A DNA stretch of 64,000 bases from Alphaproteobacteria bacterium (GTDB lineage Bacteria; Pseudomonadota; Alphaproteobacteria; Bin95): positions 1,184,001 to 1,248,000 of the forward strand of contig CBDBGH010000003.1 in NCBI GenBank assembly GCA_965205265.1, read 5' to 3'. The notes below the pieces were generated by a model, which saw nothing but the letters and a program-made list of their open reading frames with translations, had not been told where the DNA came from and searched no databases. The first letter of the stretch is position 1. Every line of letters begins with the position of its first letter. This document shows positions 9,225 to 17,973 of this stretch, in pieces. Position numbers and translations under genes: made by a program.

Positions 9225-10436
9225 CTAGGCCACGGCGCGGTGGGCCTGGCTTCGCGGCAGGATGAGCAGGCTGCCGAGAAGCTGCATGCCCTTGTCGTCG
9301 TCTCCGGCCGCCCGCTCGCGCAGCGCGAGCAGCGCCCTGCCGCCGGCCGTCTCGCCCCAGAACCAGTCCGAGAGGTCCCGCGAGGCTGCCGCTCCGGGCT
9401 GCGCCGTGGCCGCCTCGGTGTAGAAGGCCATCAGGTCGTCGCAGGCGAGCTTCAGCGCGCGGGAGAGCTTGCGTTCCGGTCCCGGATCGTCCGGCTCCCC
9501 GCCATCGGCGTACCGGCAGATCATCCGGACCGCTTCCTCGATTTCGTAGCCGCTGGCGCCGACCGTGGTCCGCCCGCGCCGTTCCTTCGCAAGATCCCAC
9601 CACGGCCGAAGGCGGGCTATTTCATCCGCGACGAGCCGCTCGCGGTTGCCGTCCGGGGCGGTCTCGGGCCGGGGAAGGGACACGGGACAGGCCCAGCCCT
9701 CGTAATCCGCAGGCTCCGGCGCGGAATCGGGAAATTCCTCCAGCACCGGGCCGGCGGGCCGGTCCAGCAGCGCAAGGGCGGCGCGCAGCACCCGGAGCTG
9801 GAAATCCGGGTTGTCCGGCGCGCCCAGCGGCCGGCCGAGCTCGAAGGGCACGGACAGCGTGCGGGGATTGGCGATGGCCTCGGCATGTTCGTGAACCAGG
9901 GCGATGGCCACCGTGGCGATACCCTCGCGCTCAAGATAGTGGGCGAGCGCGCACACGGCGCGCGTGCAGTTCGGTCAGACGGGCACCAGCAGCGCCGTAT
10001 CCACGCCTTCGGCCCGCATGGCGGCCGCGACATCCTCCGCGAAGGGCTGCATCGGCGCGGGGTCGCTCGCGCCCATGAAGGAATAGTGGTGGTCCGCGAC
10101 GCCGCCGATTTCGCCCGCGGCCGCCATCTCCTTGAGGCGGTCGAGCGGGTAAACGATGTTGAGGTCCTGCTGGAAGCCGGTGCGGTCGTAGTTGACCGAG
10201 ATATGGCTCATCACGATGTCGCCCGCGCCCGCATCGGCCGGCAGCACCCGGTAATCGACGGCCCCGGGGCCGAACGGGCGGTCTCCGCGCCTGCCGAGGC
10301 CGGCGGAGGAAACCACGGCGATCCGGCGTTCGGAAAGGGGGGGCCCGGAGACGAAGGAGCCGCCCTCCATTTCGGGCAGCGGCAGGCGGGCGAGATGCCG
10401 GGCAACGCCCTCCGGCATGTCGGCGTAGCGGGTCAT
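9225..10436 (-). CDS. PrdB/GrdB-family selenoprotein, 403 aa, Sec at codon 154 (UGA 9975-9977), with C-terminal extension
   Basis: The two track ORFs are in the same frame and joined as ...DTALLVPV-TGA-PNCTRAVCALAHYLE (UxxC). AAGGAG RBS precedes ATG 10436, a hairpin follows the UGA, and both halves resemble D-proline reductase PrdB. Confidence 0.85.
9947..9963 (-). promoter_or_regulatory. Putative bacterial SECIS element
   Basis: GCGCGC-CGUGU-GCGCGC stem-loop; the loop starts 18 nt after the UGA and has GU at loop positions 2-3. Confidence 0.6.
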
Positions 10437-10504
10437 GGATGCTCCTTGCGGAATCGGCGACGATGCGCGAAACAACGGGACGACGCTACATAGAGTGAGG
10501 CAAG

Positions 10505-11485
10505 ATGCAGGTCAAAGCCATCCGGATCGACAGGCCGGGACCGCCGTCGGCGATGGAATTGCGCACGGTGACGGTCGGCGAGCCGGGCCCCGGCGAAGCG
10601 CTGATCCGCCATACCGCTGTCGGGTTGAACTATATCGACACCTACCACCGCTCGGGGCTCTACGAACTGCCGCTGCCGAGCGGGATCGGCAGCGAGGGGG
10701 CGGGCGTCGTCGAGGCGGTCGGCGAAGGCGTCGGGCATATAGCGCCGGGCGACAGGGTGGCCTATTCGGGCGGCGCGCCCGGTTCCTATTCGGAAGCGCG
10801 CGTGATGCCCGCCGACCGGCTGGTGAAGCTGCCGGACGACATCGACGACAGGCAGGCCGCAGCCATGATGCTCAAGGGCATGACCGTCGAATATCTGCTG
10901 AACCGCACCTTCAAGGTGTCGCCGGGCCAGACCATCCTGTTCCACGCGGCGGCCGGCGGCGTCGGGCTGATCGCCGGCCAGTGGGCCAAGGCGCTCGGCG
11001 CAACCGTCATCGGCACGGCCGGCGGCCCCGAGAAATGCGAACTGGCCAAGGGTTACGGCTACGACCACATGATCGACTACAAGCAGGGCGGCATCGCCCG
11101 GCAGGTGCGCGAGCTTACGGGCGGGGCCGGCGTTCCGGTGGTCTATGACAGCGTCGGCAAGGCGACCTGGGACGAATCGCTGGACTGCCTCGCGCCGCGC
11201 GGGGTGATGGTGTCTTTCGGCAATGCCTCCGGTCCGGCCGCGCCGTTTGCGCCCGGCATTCTCGCGGCCAAGGGCTCGCTCTACCTGACCCGGCCGTCCC
11301 TGGTGCACTACACGTTGACGCAGCAGGACGTGCAGGCATCGGCCGATGCGCTGTTCGCCATGGTGAGTTCGGGCAAGGTCAGGATCGAGGTGAACCAGAC
11401 CTATGCGCTGGCCGATGCCGCGAAGGCGCATGAGGATCTTGAGGGACGCCGGACCACCGGTTCGACCGTCCTGCTGGTGGAGTAG
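10505..11485 (+). CDS. qor: NADPH:quinone oxidoreductase (zeta-crystallin/MDR family)
   Basis: GLNYIDTYHRSGLY, HAAAGGVG, FGNASG and RRTTGS motifs. Confidence 0.92.
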   Translation: MQVKAIRIDRPGPPSAMELRTVTVGEPGPGEALIRHTAVGLNYIDTYHRSGLYELPLPSGIGSEGAGVVEAVGEGVGHIAPGDRVAYSGGAPGSYSEARVMPADRLVKLPDDIDDRQAAAMMLKGMTVEYLLNRTFKVSPGQTILFHAAAGGVGLIAGQWAKALGATVIGTAGGPEKCELAKGYGYDHMIDYKQGGIARQVRELTGGAGVPVVYDSVGKATWDESLDCLAPRGVMVSFGNASGPAAPFAPGILAAKGSLYLTRPSLVHYTLTQQDVQASADALFAMVSSGKVRIEVNQTYALADAAKAHEDLEGRRTTGSTVLLVE

Positions 11486-11492
11486 CCGCGCG

Positions 11493-12281
11493 ATGTCCGC
11501 AGACACGGTCCTCTACGAGGTGCGCGACGGCCTTGCGCACGTAACGCTCAACCGTCCCGACGCCGCCAACGCCTTCGACCTCGATTTCGTCCGGGCGTTC
11601 CACCGCGTCATGATCGACTGCGACAAGAACAGGGCCGTGCGGGCGGTGCTGCTGACGGGCGCCGGCAAGATGTTCAGCGCCGGCGGCGACCTCAAATTCT
11701 TCCTGCAGGCCGGCGACAGGGTGGCCTCCGTGCTGGCGGAGATGACGACCAGCCTCCATACCGCGATTGCGGTGATGAACCGGATGGACGCTCCGGTCGT
11801 CATCGCGGTCAATGGCATGGCTGCCGGGGGCGGCATGTCGCTTGCGTTGACGGGCGATGTCGTCTTTGCGGGCGAAAGCGCGCGGTTCACCATGGCCTAT
11901 ACCGCCGGCGGCCTCTCGCCGGACGGCAGTTCGACCTGGTTCCTGCCCCGGCTGGTCGGGTTTCGCCGCGCCAAGGAACTGGCGCTGACGAACAGGATGC
12001 TGAGCGCCGCCGAAGCGATGGAGGCCGGCATCGTCGATCGCGTGGTTCCGGACAGCAAGCTGATGGCGGAAGCGGAAAAGCAGGCGCGCCTCTTCGCGGA
12101 CGGCCCGACCGGAGCCTATGGCGCGGTCAAGCGGCTGATGATCGAGAGCTTCCAGAACGGGCTCGAAACGCAGATGGAGCTCGAGTCCCGCGCCATCGCC
12201 GCCCGTGCCGCCAGCGCCGACGGGCGCGAGGGCGTGGGCGCTTTCGCCGAGAAGCGCAAACCGACCTTTACCGGGGAATAA
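11493..12281 (+). CDS. Enoyl-CoA hydratase/isomerase (PaaG-like)
   Basis: FSAGGDL, AVNGMAAGGG, GLSPDGSSTW and EGVGAFAEKRKP motifs. Confidence 0.92.
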   Translation: MSADTVLYEVRDGLAHVTLNRPDAANAFDLDFVRAFHRVMIDCDKNRAVRAVLLTGAGKMFSAGGDLKFFLQAGDRVASVLAEMTTSLHTAIAVMNRMDAPVVIAVNGMAAGGGMSLALTGDVVFAGESARFTMAYTAGGLSPDGSSTWFLPRLVGFRRAKELALTNRMLSAAEAMEAGIVDRVVPDSKLMAEAEKQARLFADGPTGAYGAVKRLMIESFQNGLETQMELESRAIAARAASADGREGVGAFAEKRKPTFTGE

Positions 12282-12287
12282 CCGCCG

Positions 12288-13166
12288 ATGAATGCCGCCG
12301 AACTGCCGAAGTCCTTCGTTGAGGTGAAGGGCAGGCGCATGGCCTATACGGAGATGGGCGAGGGCGACCCCGTCGTCTTCCTTCACGGCAACCCGACATC
12401 CTCCTATCTCTGGCGCAACATCATGCCGCATGTGGCAGGGCAGGCCCGCTGCCTGGCGCCCGACCTCATCGGCATGGGCGACAGCGACAAGCTCGACGAC
12501 CCGGGCCCCGGCAGCTACCGCTTCGTCGAGCACCGGGACTATCTGGACGGTTTCCTCGACGCCGTCGGCCTCGGCGGCAATGCCGTGTTCGTCGTCCATG
12601 ACTGGGGCTCGGCGCTCGGCTTCGACTGGGGCAACCGACACCGGGACCGCATGCGGGGCTTCTGCTACATGGAGGCGCTCGTCAGGCCCGTTACTTGGGA
12701 AGAGTGGCCGGAAGCGGCGAAGGCCGTATTTCAGGGTTTCCGCTCGCCGGCGGGCGAAGGGATGGTGCTGGAAAAGAACGTGTTCGTGGAGCGCGTGCTC
12801 CCCGGCTCGATCCTGCGCAAGATGTCCGAAGAGGAAATGGCGGTTTACCGCCGGCCCTTCGCGGCTCCGGGAGAGGACCGCCGCCCGACCCTCACATGGC
12901 CGCGCGAGATCCCGATCTCCGGCGAGCCGGCGGATGTCGTCGGGATCGTGCGCGCCTATTCCGAGTGGCTGGCCGCCTCGGATGTCGCCAAGCTGTTCAT
13001 CGACGCCGAGCCGGGCGCCATCCTGACCGGCCCGCAACGGGAGTTCTGCCTGGGCTGGCCCAACCAGACCGTGGCGAAGGTCAAGGGCAGCCACTTCATC
13101 CAGGAAGACTCCCCCGACGAGATCGGCAAGGCCCTCTCCGACTGGCTGCGCAGCCTGCCGCGGTAG
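12288..13166 (+). CDS. Haloalkane dehalogenase (LinB/DhaA type)
   Basis: [24 protein letters not shown] nucleophile elbow, TLTWPREIP and GSHFIQED motifs. Confidence 0.93.
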   Translation: MNAAELPKSFVEVKGRRMAYTEMGEGDPVVFLHGNPTSSYLWRNIMPHVAGQARCLAPDLIGMGDSDKLDDPGPGSYRFVEHRDYLDGFLDAVGLGGNAVFVVHDWGSALGFDWGNRHRDRMRGFCYMEALVRPVTWEEWPEAAKAVFQGFRSPAGEGMVLEKNVFVERVLPGSILRKMSEEEMAVYRRPFAAPGEDRRPTLTWPREIPISGEPADVVGIVRAYSEWLAASDVAKLFIDAEPGAILTGPQREFCLGWPNQTVAKVKGSHFIQEDSPDEIGKALSDWLRSLPR

Positions 13167-13176
13167 TTCGCCGCCT

Positions 13177-14739
13177 TCAAGCGGGCCGGCCCGATGACGG
13201 CTGCCGGGCCAGCCGCTCGGCGAGCTCCAGCTTGCGGACCTTGCCGGTGGCTGTGACCGGCAGGGCGGCGCGCTCGACGATCTCGATGCGCTGCGGCGTC
13301 TTGTAGGCGGCGAGCTCCGCCCGGCAGGCGCGTTTCAGCGTGTCGGGATCGGGAGACGCGCCGGGTTCTGCGACCACGACCGCCGCGGGCACCTCGCCCT
13401 TCACCGCATCCGGCAGGCCGACGACATAGGCTTCCGCAACGCCGGGCCGGTCCTGCAGGAATGTCTCGATTTCGCGCGGCGCGATATTGATGCCGCCCGA
13501 TTTCAGCATCTCCTTCAGGCGCCCCTGGAACAGCAGCCGGCCGCCATCGTCCCAGGCCGCAAGGTCCCCGGTCTTCATCCAGCCGTCCGCGGTGAAGATT
13601 TCGGAATCGCGCTCCGCATCGTTGTAGTAGCCCGGCATGTTCCGCCCGCGCAGCCAGATTTCGCCCTGCGCGCCGTCGCGGCCGGTTTCGGGATCGACGA
13701 GACGGATGTCCTGCCCGGGCAATGGCCGCCCGCATGTGATGTGCCGTATGTGCAGGGGATCGTCATAATCGCAAACCGCCGAATTCCCATAGGCTTCCGT
13801 CAGGCCGTAAACCTGAAGGATTCGTCCGACCCCGAGCCGTTCGATCAGCGCCATGTCGCCGGGCGTGCCGATGGAGAGGCCGGTCCGCAGCGACGAAAGG
13901 TCCCGCCCCGGCCGGTCCGGATGCTCCCACATCGCATGGGCCATGTTGGGCATGCCGTAGAAGACGGAGCAGCGCTCCCGCTCGATGAGCGCCATCGCCT
14001 CGCCCGGCTCGAAAGCGTGCTGGAGGACGATTGCCGCCCCGTGGGTCAACGCAGCCCCGAGGGCGTTGGCGGCGGCGAAGCTCCAGAAGAGATTGATGGC
14101 GAGCCAGACCCGGTCCTCCGGCCCGAGGCGCATCCGCTCGCCGATGGCGCGCATGTTCTCGATAATGCCGCGATGGGTGAGCTGCGCGCCCTTCGGCATG
14201 GCGGTGGTGCCGGAGGTGAAGAGGATTTGCGCCACATCGTCCGGTTCCGGGCCGGGAAAGGCGCCGGGCTCGCGGCACAGCGCGGACCAGGGCAGGGCGC
14301 CCGGCGGCGTGTCGCCCAGGATGACAACGGTGCCGACATTGTCGAACGCGCCGGCCTCGCGGAGCAGGGCGGGATAGTCCTGCCGGAGATAGCGGTCGGC
14401 GGCGACCAGAAGCCCGATGTCCGACTTGGCGAAGACATGGCGAAGCTCATGGGTGCGGAACCAGGTGTTGATCGCGACAACGCGCGCGCCGAGCGACAGC
14501 GCCGCGAACATGACCGCAAGCCACTCCGGGCAATTGCCCATCAGCAGGCCGACATTGTCGCCCCGCCGGATGCCGTGCGCATGGAGCCCGGCGGCAAGCC
14601 GCGCGGCCTCATCGCGGAAAGCGCCATAGGTCCAGCGTTCGCCGCGATAGACCAGGAATTCGCGGTCGGGCGCGCTATCGGCGAGGGCGTCCAGCAGGCC
14701 GGGCAGCGTGCGAGCGGTCCGGACCGCTTCGGACATCAT
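13177..14739 (-). CDS. Acyl-CoA synthetase / AMP-binding protein
   Basis: FTSGTTAMPKG, YGLTE, TGDL, GRLKEM and TGKV motifs. Confidence 0.92.
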   Translation of the reverse strand: MMSEAVRTARTLPGLLDALADSAPDREFLVYRGERWTYGAFRDEAARLAAGLHAHGIRRGDNVGLLMGNCPEWLAVMFAALSLGARVVAINTWFRTHELRHVFAKSDIGLLVAADRYLRQDYPALLREAGAFDNVGTVVILGDTPPGALPWSALCREPGAFPGPEPDDVAQILFTSGTTAMPKGAQLTHRGIIENMRAIGERMRLGPEDRVWLAINLFWSFAAANALGAALTHGAAIVLQHAFEPGEAMALIERERCSVFYGMPNMAHAMWEHPDRPGRDLSSLRTGLSIGTPGDMALIERLGVGRILQVYGLTEAYGNSAVCDYDDPLHIRHITCGRPLPGQDIRLVDPETGRDGAQGEIWLRGRNMPGYYNDAERDSEIFTADGWMKTGDLAAWDDGGRLLFQGRLKEMLKSGGINIAPREIETFLQDRPGVAEAYVVGLPDAVKGEVPAAVVVAEPGASPDPDTLKRACRAELAAYKTPQRIEIVERAALPVTATGKVRKLELAERLARQPSSGRPA

Positions 14740-15101
14740 CGTTCGCGCGCGGCCTCGACAAGCGGCACGGCGCGCCCGTTATAGACGTCCGGCTTGCGCA
14801 CGCGGACGCGGCACCAGGCGACTTTCGGGTCCTGCAGGCAAAGCTCCAGAAGCTCGTCCACCAGCGTTTCCAGCAGGTCGGTATGCGGACGGTCGGGCCA
14901 CTCGGAGGTCACATGGCGATAGACGCGGTCGTAGTCGATGCAGTCGTCGATGCTCCGCGCCGTCTCCCATTCGGGGCGGGTCATTTCGACATCGACGAGC
15001 AGGCGCTGGCGCCTGCCGGGATGGCGTTCCCAGTCCGCGATGCCCACCCTGGCCTCGACGGCAATGCCTTCGAGGGCCACACGCTGCCAGGTCCGCGTCA
15101 T
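14736..15101 (-). CDS. folB: Dihydroneopterin aldolase
   Basis: VGIADWER...QRLLVDVEM, IDY, LLETL and VRVRKP FolB pattern. Confidence 0.85.
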   Translation of the reverse strand: MTRTWQRVALEGIAVEARVGIADWERHPGRRQRLLVDVEMTRPEWETARSIDDCIDYDRVYRHVTSEWPDRPHTDLLETLVDELLELCLQDPKVAWCRVRVRKPDVYNGRAVPLVEAARER

Positions 15102-15832
15102 TCCTCGATCATCGCCGTCTCGACGTCCTCATAGTCCTGAAAGCGGAATCCGGCGTCAACATAGAGCGTTTCCCCGGTCACGCTTTTCGTCTCGACCAGG
15201 TAGCGCACCGCCCGAAACAGGTCGTCCAGCGCGATTTCGCGCTCGAGCAGGGTGGAGCGGACGACGGCCCGGTATTCGTCGGCGCTCTGACCGCCGCTCG
15301 GCAGCACCACGCCCGGCGCGACGGCGTTCACGCGCACGGTCGGCGCCAGCGCCTGCGCCAGCATCGTGGTGGCGTTCTGGAGCGCGGTCTTGGCGAGCGT
15401 GTAGGACAGGAAGGACGCGCTCGGCCGCCAGATCTTGAAATCGAGGAAATTGACGGCCACGGCCGGTCGGCCGCGGGCGGCGACGGCCCGGATGAGATTG
15501 ACCGGGGCCGCCAGATTGACCGCGATATTGCGCGCCCAGGTTCCGGCCTCCAGCGTCTCCATGTCGTCATACTCGAAGGTGGACGCGCAGTTGATGAGCA
15601 CATCCACCGGCCCCAGCGCGGCCTCGCAACCGGCGATCAGGGACTCTGCGGCATTCCACTCGGAAAGGTCGGCCGGAAGCAGGGCGGCTTGCCCGATCCG
15701 CGCCGCAAGCGTCTCCGCTTCCGGCCGCGAGCCGTTGTAGTGGATGCCGACGGAGCAGCCCGCCCGCCCGAAGCCGAGCGCCAGATGGCGACCGATTCGC
15801 CGCGCCGCGCCCGTCACCAGCACCACCGTCAT
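15098..15832 (-). CDS. Pteridine reductase-like SDR (FolM/PTR1-like)
   Basis: MTVVLVTGAARRIG, IHYNGS, LINCAS, SYTLAK and VRVNAVAPG; ATGA-coupled to folB. Confidence 0.85.
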   Translation of the reverse strand: MTVVLVTGAARRIGRHLALGFGRAGCSVGIHYNGSRPEAETLAARIGQAALLPADLSEWNAAESLIAGCEAALGPVDVLINCASTFEYDDMETLEAGTWARNIAVNLAAPVNLIRAVAARGRPAVAVNFLDFKIWRPSASFLSYTLAKTALQNATTMLAQALAPTVRVNAVAPGVVLPSGGQSADEYRAVVRSTLLEREIALDDLFRAVRYLVETKSVTGETLYVDAGFRFQDYEDVETAMIEE

Positions 15833-16680
15833 GACGCCAGCCAGGCTTCCAGGTTCTCGACTTCGCCGGCGTCCCGGGCCGCCCGGAAGGCCTCGTTGGC
15901 GCTGGCGTTGGCGGTGAATTCCGCACGGGCGGCCGCGGCGATTTCGGGCGTGAGGTCGAGGCCGCCCGCATCGATGGCGGCGACGATTGCGGCATAGCCG
16001 CGCGCCGCCCGGTCGGCCGTGTCGGGCGACTGGGTGATCGAGCCGTCGCGCTTGACATAGTCGTAGCCGGTTCGCGCGAGGCCGCGGAATTCCGGGCAGC
16101 GGCTCAGCACTTCGAGGTTGAATACGACATCGCTGCAGAAGTCGAAGGCGCGCCAGCCCCCGCCCGCGAGCTCGCGGCGGAGGAGCGCGTTCATCGGCAG
16201 GCGGGGGGCGAGGATCGCCTCGGCCGTCAGCCGGAAGTCCGCCGGAGTTGCCGGGAACGCCGTCTTCGTCAGGCAACCTCCGATCCAGAGCGCCGTATTG
16301 TCCACCGCCGCGCCGTAGCGCTCCGCATAGGGCAGCATGAAGGCGAGCCGCTCCGGGCGCATGGCGTCGTCGGCATCGAGATTGGCGACGAAACGCCCCC
16401 GCGCCGCGGCCAGCGCGGCATTGCGGGCGGGCCCGTCGCCGCTGCCCGTTCGTCCCGTGGAAACCTGCCGGAGGCGCGGGTCGGCGCAGCCCAGCATGGC
16501 CGCGTAGTCCTCGCCGTCGTCGGAAGCGAGCACCACCTCGATATCGTCGAACGTCTGGGCGAGCGCGCTTCGGACCGCCTTGCCGATCGTCCCGGCGGCC
16601 TCGAAACACGGGACCAGAATGCTGACGGTCGGTGCTAGACTGTGCGCCAGGGAGCCGTCCTCCGTCGGGGCGCGGCACAT
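15829..16680 (-). CDS. Glycosyltransferase family 2
   Basis: VSILVP, SALAQT, ASDDG, ARNAAL and LDADD (DxD) motifs; start uncertain. Confidence 0.85.
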   Translation of the reverse strand: MCRAPTEDGSLAHSLAPTVSILVPCFEAAGTIGKAVRSALAQTFDDIEVVLASDDGEDYAAMLGCADPRLRQVSTGRTGSGDGPARNAALAAARGRFVANLDADDAMRPERLAFMLPYAERYGAAVDNTALWIGGCLTKTAFPATPADFRLTAEAILAPRLPMNALLRRELAGGGWRAFDFCSDVVFNLEVLSRCPEFRGLARTGYDYVKRDGSITQSPDTADRAARGYAAIVAAIDAGGLDLTPEIAAAARAEFTANASANEAFRAARDAGEVENLEAWLAS

Positions 16681-16703
16681 TAGCAGTATCGGAGAAAGCC
16701 CGC

Positions 16704-17510
16704 ATGAACGGCCTGCCGTCCTACGATGTCTTCGCAATCCGCTACGGCGAGCAGAAGGAGCGCCCGGAGGGCTCGACCTTCATGGGCGGCGACCCGGCGA
16801 AGACGATCCCCGGCCTCGACTTCTTCACCTATGTTATCGCCGGGGCAGGAAGGACCTGGATCGTCGATACCGGCTTCAAGGCCGACATTTCCGGCGAGGG
16901 CGGGCGCATGTTCCTGCACGACCCGGCGGCCGTGCTGGGCCGGCTCGGCGTCGATGCGAAGACGGCGCCCGACGTCCTGCTGACCCACGCGCATTTCGAC
17001 CATGTCGGCAATCTCGCCGACTATCCTGCGGCGTCTTTCCGCATGCACGCCGAGGAAATGGCGTCGATCACCGGCCCTGACATGACGCATCCGGCCTTCC
17101 GCCACGCCTACCATCTGCGCGACACCCAGGCGCTGGTGCAGCTCGTCTATGAAGACCGGCTGCGTTTCGACACCGACCCGGTCGTCGAAATCGCCCCCGG
17201 CCTCGAATCGCACCTGATCGGCGGCCATGCGCGCGGCCAGACGGTGCTGCGCGTCCACAGCAGGCGGGGCTGGATCCTGCTCGCCTCCGATGCCGTCCAC
17301 CTGTTCGAGGAAGTGACGGACGAGCGTCCGTTCGCCATCTTCTACGACCTCGCGAAGATGGTGGAAGGGTATCGGCGCTGCCTGGCGCTTGCGGGCTCGC
17401 TCGACCGGCTGGTTCCCGGCCACGACCAGCTGGTGACGGCGCGTTATCCGGCCCCGAGCGCCGGGCTCGAAGGCATCGTATTCGACCTTGGCGCCGAGCC
17501 CTCGGCCTGA
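16704..17510 (+). CDS. N-acyl-homoserine-lactonase-like metallo-beta-lactamase fold protein
   Basis: THAHFDHVG (HxHxDH), GGH, ASDA and PGHD motifs. Confidence 0.85.
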   Translation: MNGLPSYDVFAIRYGEQKERPEGSTFMGGDPAKTIPGLDFFTYVIAGAGRTWIVDTGFKADISGEGGRMFLHDPAAVLGRLGVDAKTAPDVLLTHAHFDHVGNLADYPAASFRMHAEEMASITGPDMTHPAFRHAYHLRDTQALVQLVYEDRLRFDTDPVVEIAPGLESHLIGGHARGQTVLRVHSRRGWILLASDAVHLFEEVTDERPFAIFYDLAKMVEGYRRCLALAGSLDRLVPGHDQLVTARYPAPSAGLEGIVFDLGAEPSA

Positions 17511-17577
17511 TTCGGGCCAACCCTTGCGCAGGCGGCATCTCTGGCTATAGTCGCGCGTCCTTTCGGAGGGACCTTCC

Positions 17578-17967
17578 ATGCTGATCTCACCGGCCTACGC
17601 GCAGAGTGCGGGTGGCGGCGGCGACATGCTGACCGGCCTGTTGCCGATCATCCTCATCTTCGTCGTGTTCTACTTCCTGCTGATCCGCCCGCAGCAGAAG
17701 AAGGCCAAGGCGCATCGCGAACTCGTGGCCGCGCTCCGGCGCGGCGACAGGGTTGTGACCGCCGGCGGCATTATGGGCGTCGTCGCCCGCGTCAGCAACG
17801 AGCATGAAGTGCTGGTGGAGATCGCGGAGGGCGTGCGGGTGCGCATGGTCCGCTCGCAGATCACCGATGTGCTGAGCAAGCCCGGCCAGGCCCAGGCCGC
17901 CGCGCCGGCCGCTCAGGCAGGGGGCGGCAGCCTCCTCGGCGGACTGTTCGGCCGCAGGGGCAACTAG
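17578..17967 (+). CDS. yajC: Preprotein translocase subunit YajC
   Basis: FYFLLIRPQQK and GDRVVTAGG motifs; upstream of secDF. Confidence 0.97.
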   Translation: MLISPAYAQSAGGGGDMLTGLLPIILIFVVFYFLLIRPQQKKAKAHRELVAALRRGDRVVTAGGIMGVVARVSNEHEVLVEIAEGVRVRMVRSQITDVLSKPGQAQAAAPAAQAGGGSLLGGLFGRRGN

Positions 17968-17973
17968 CCTGCA

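Noticed and set aside
9975-9977. Treating the TGA as a nonsense mutation or as the end of a separate gene
   Set aside because: It falls at the UxxC position of a family known to contain Sec and is followed by a SECIS-like hairpin
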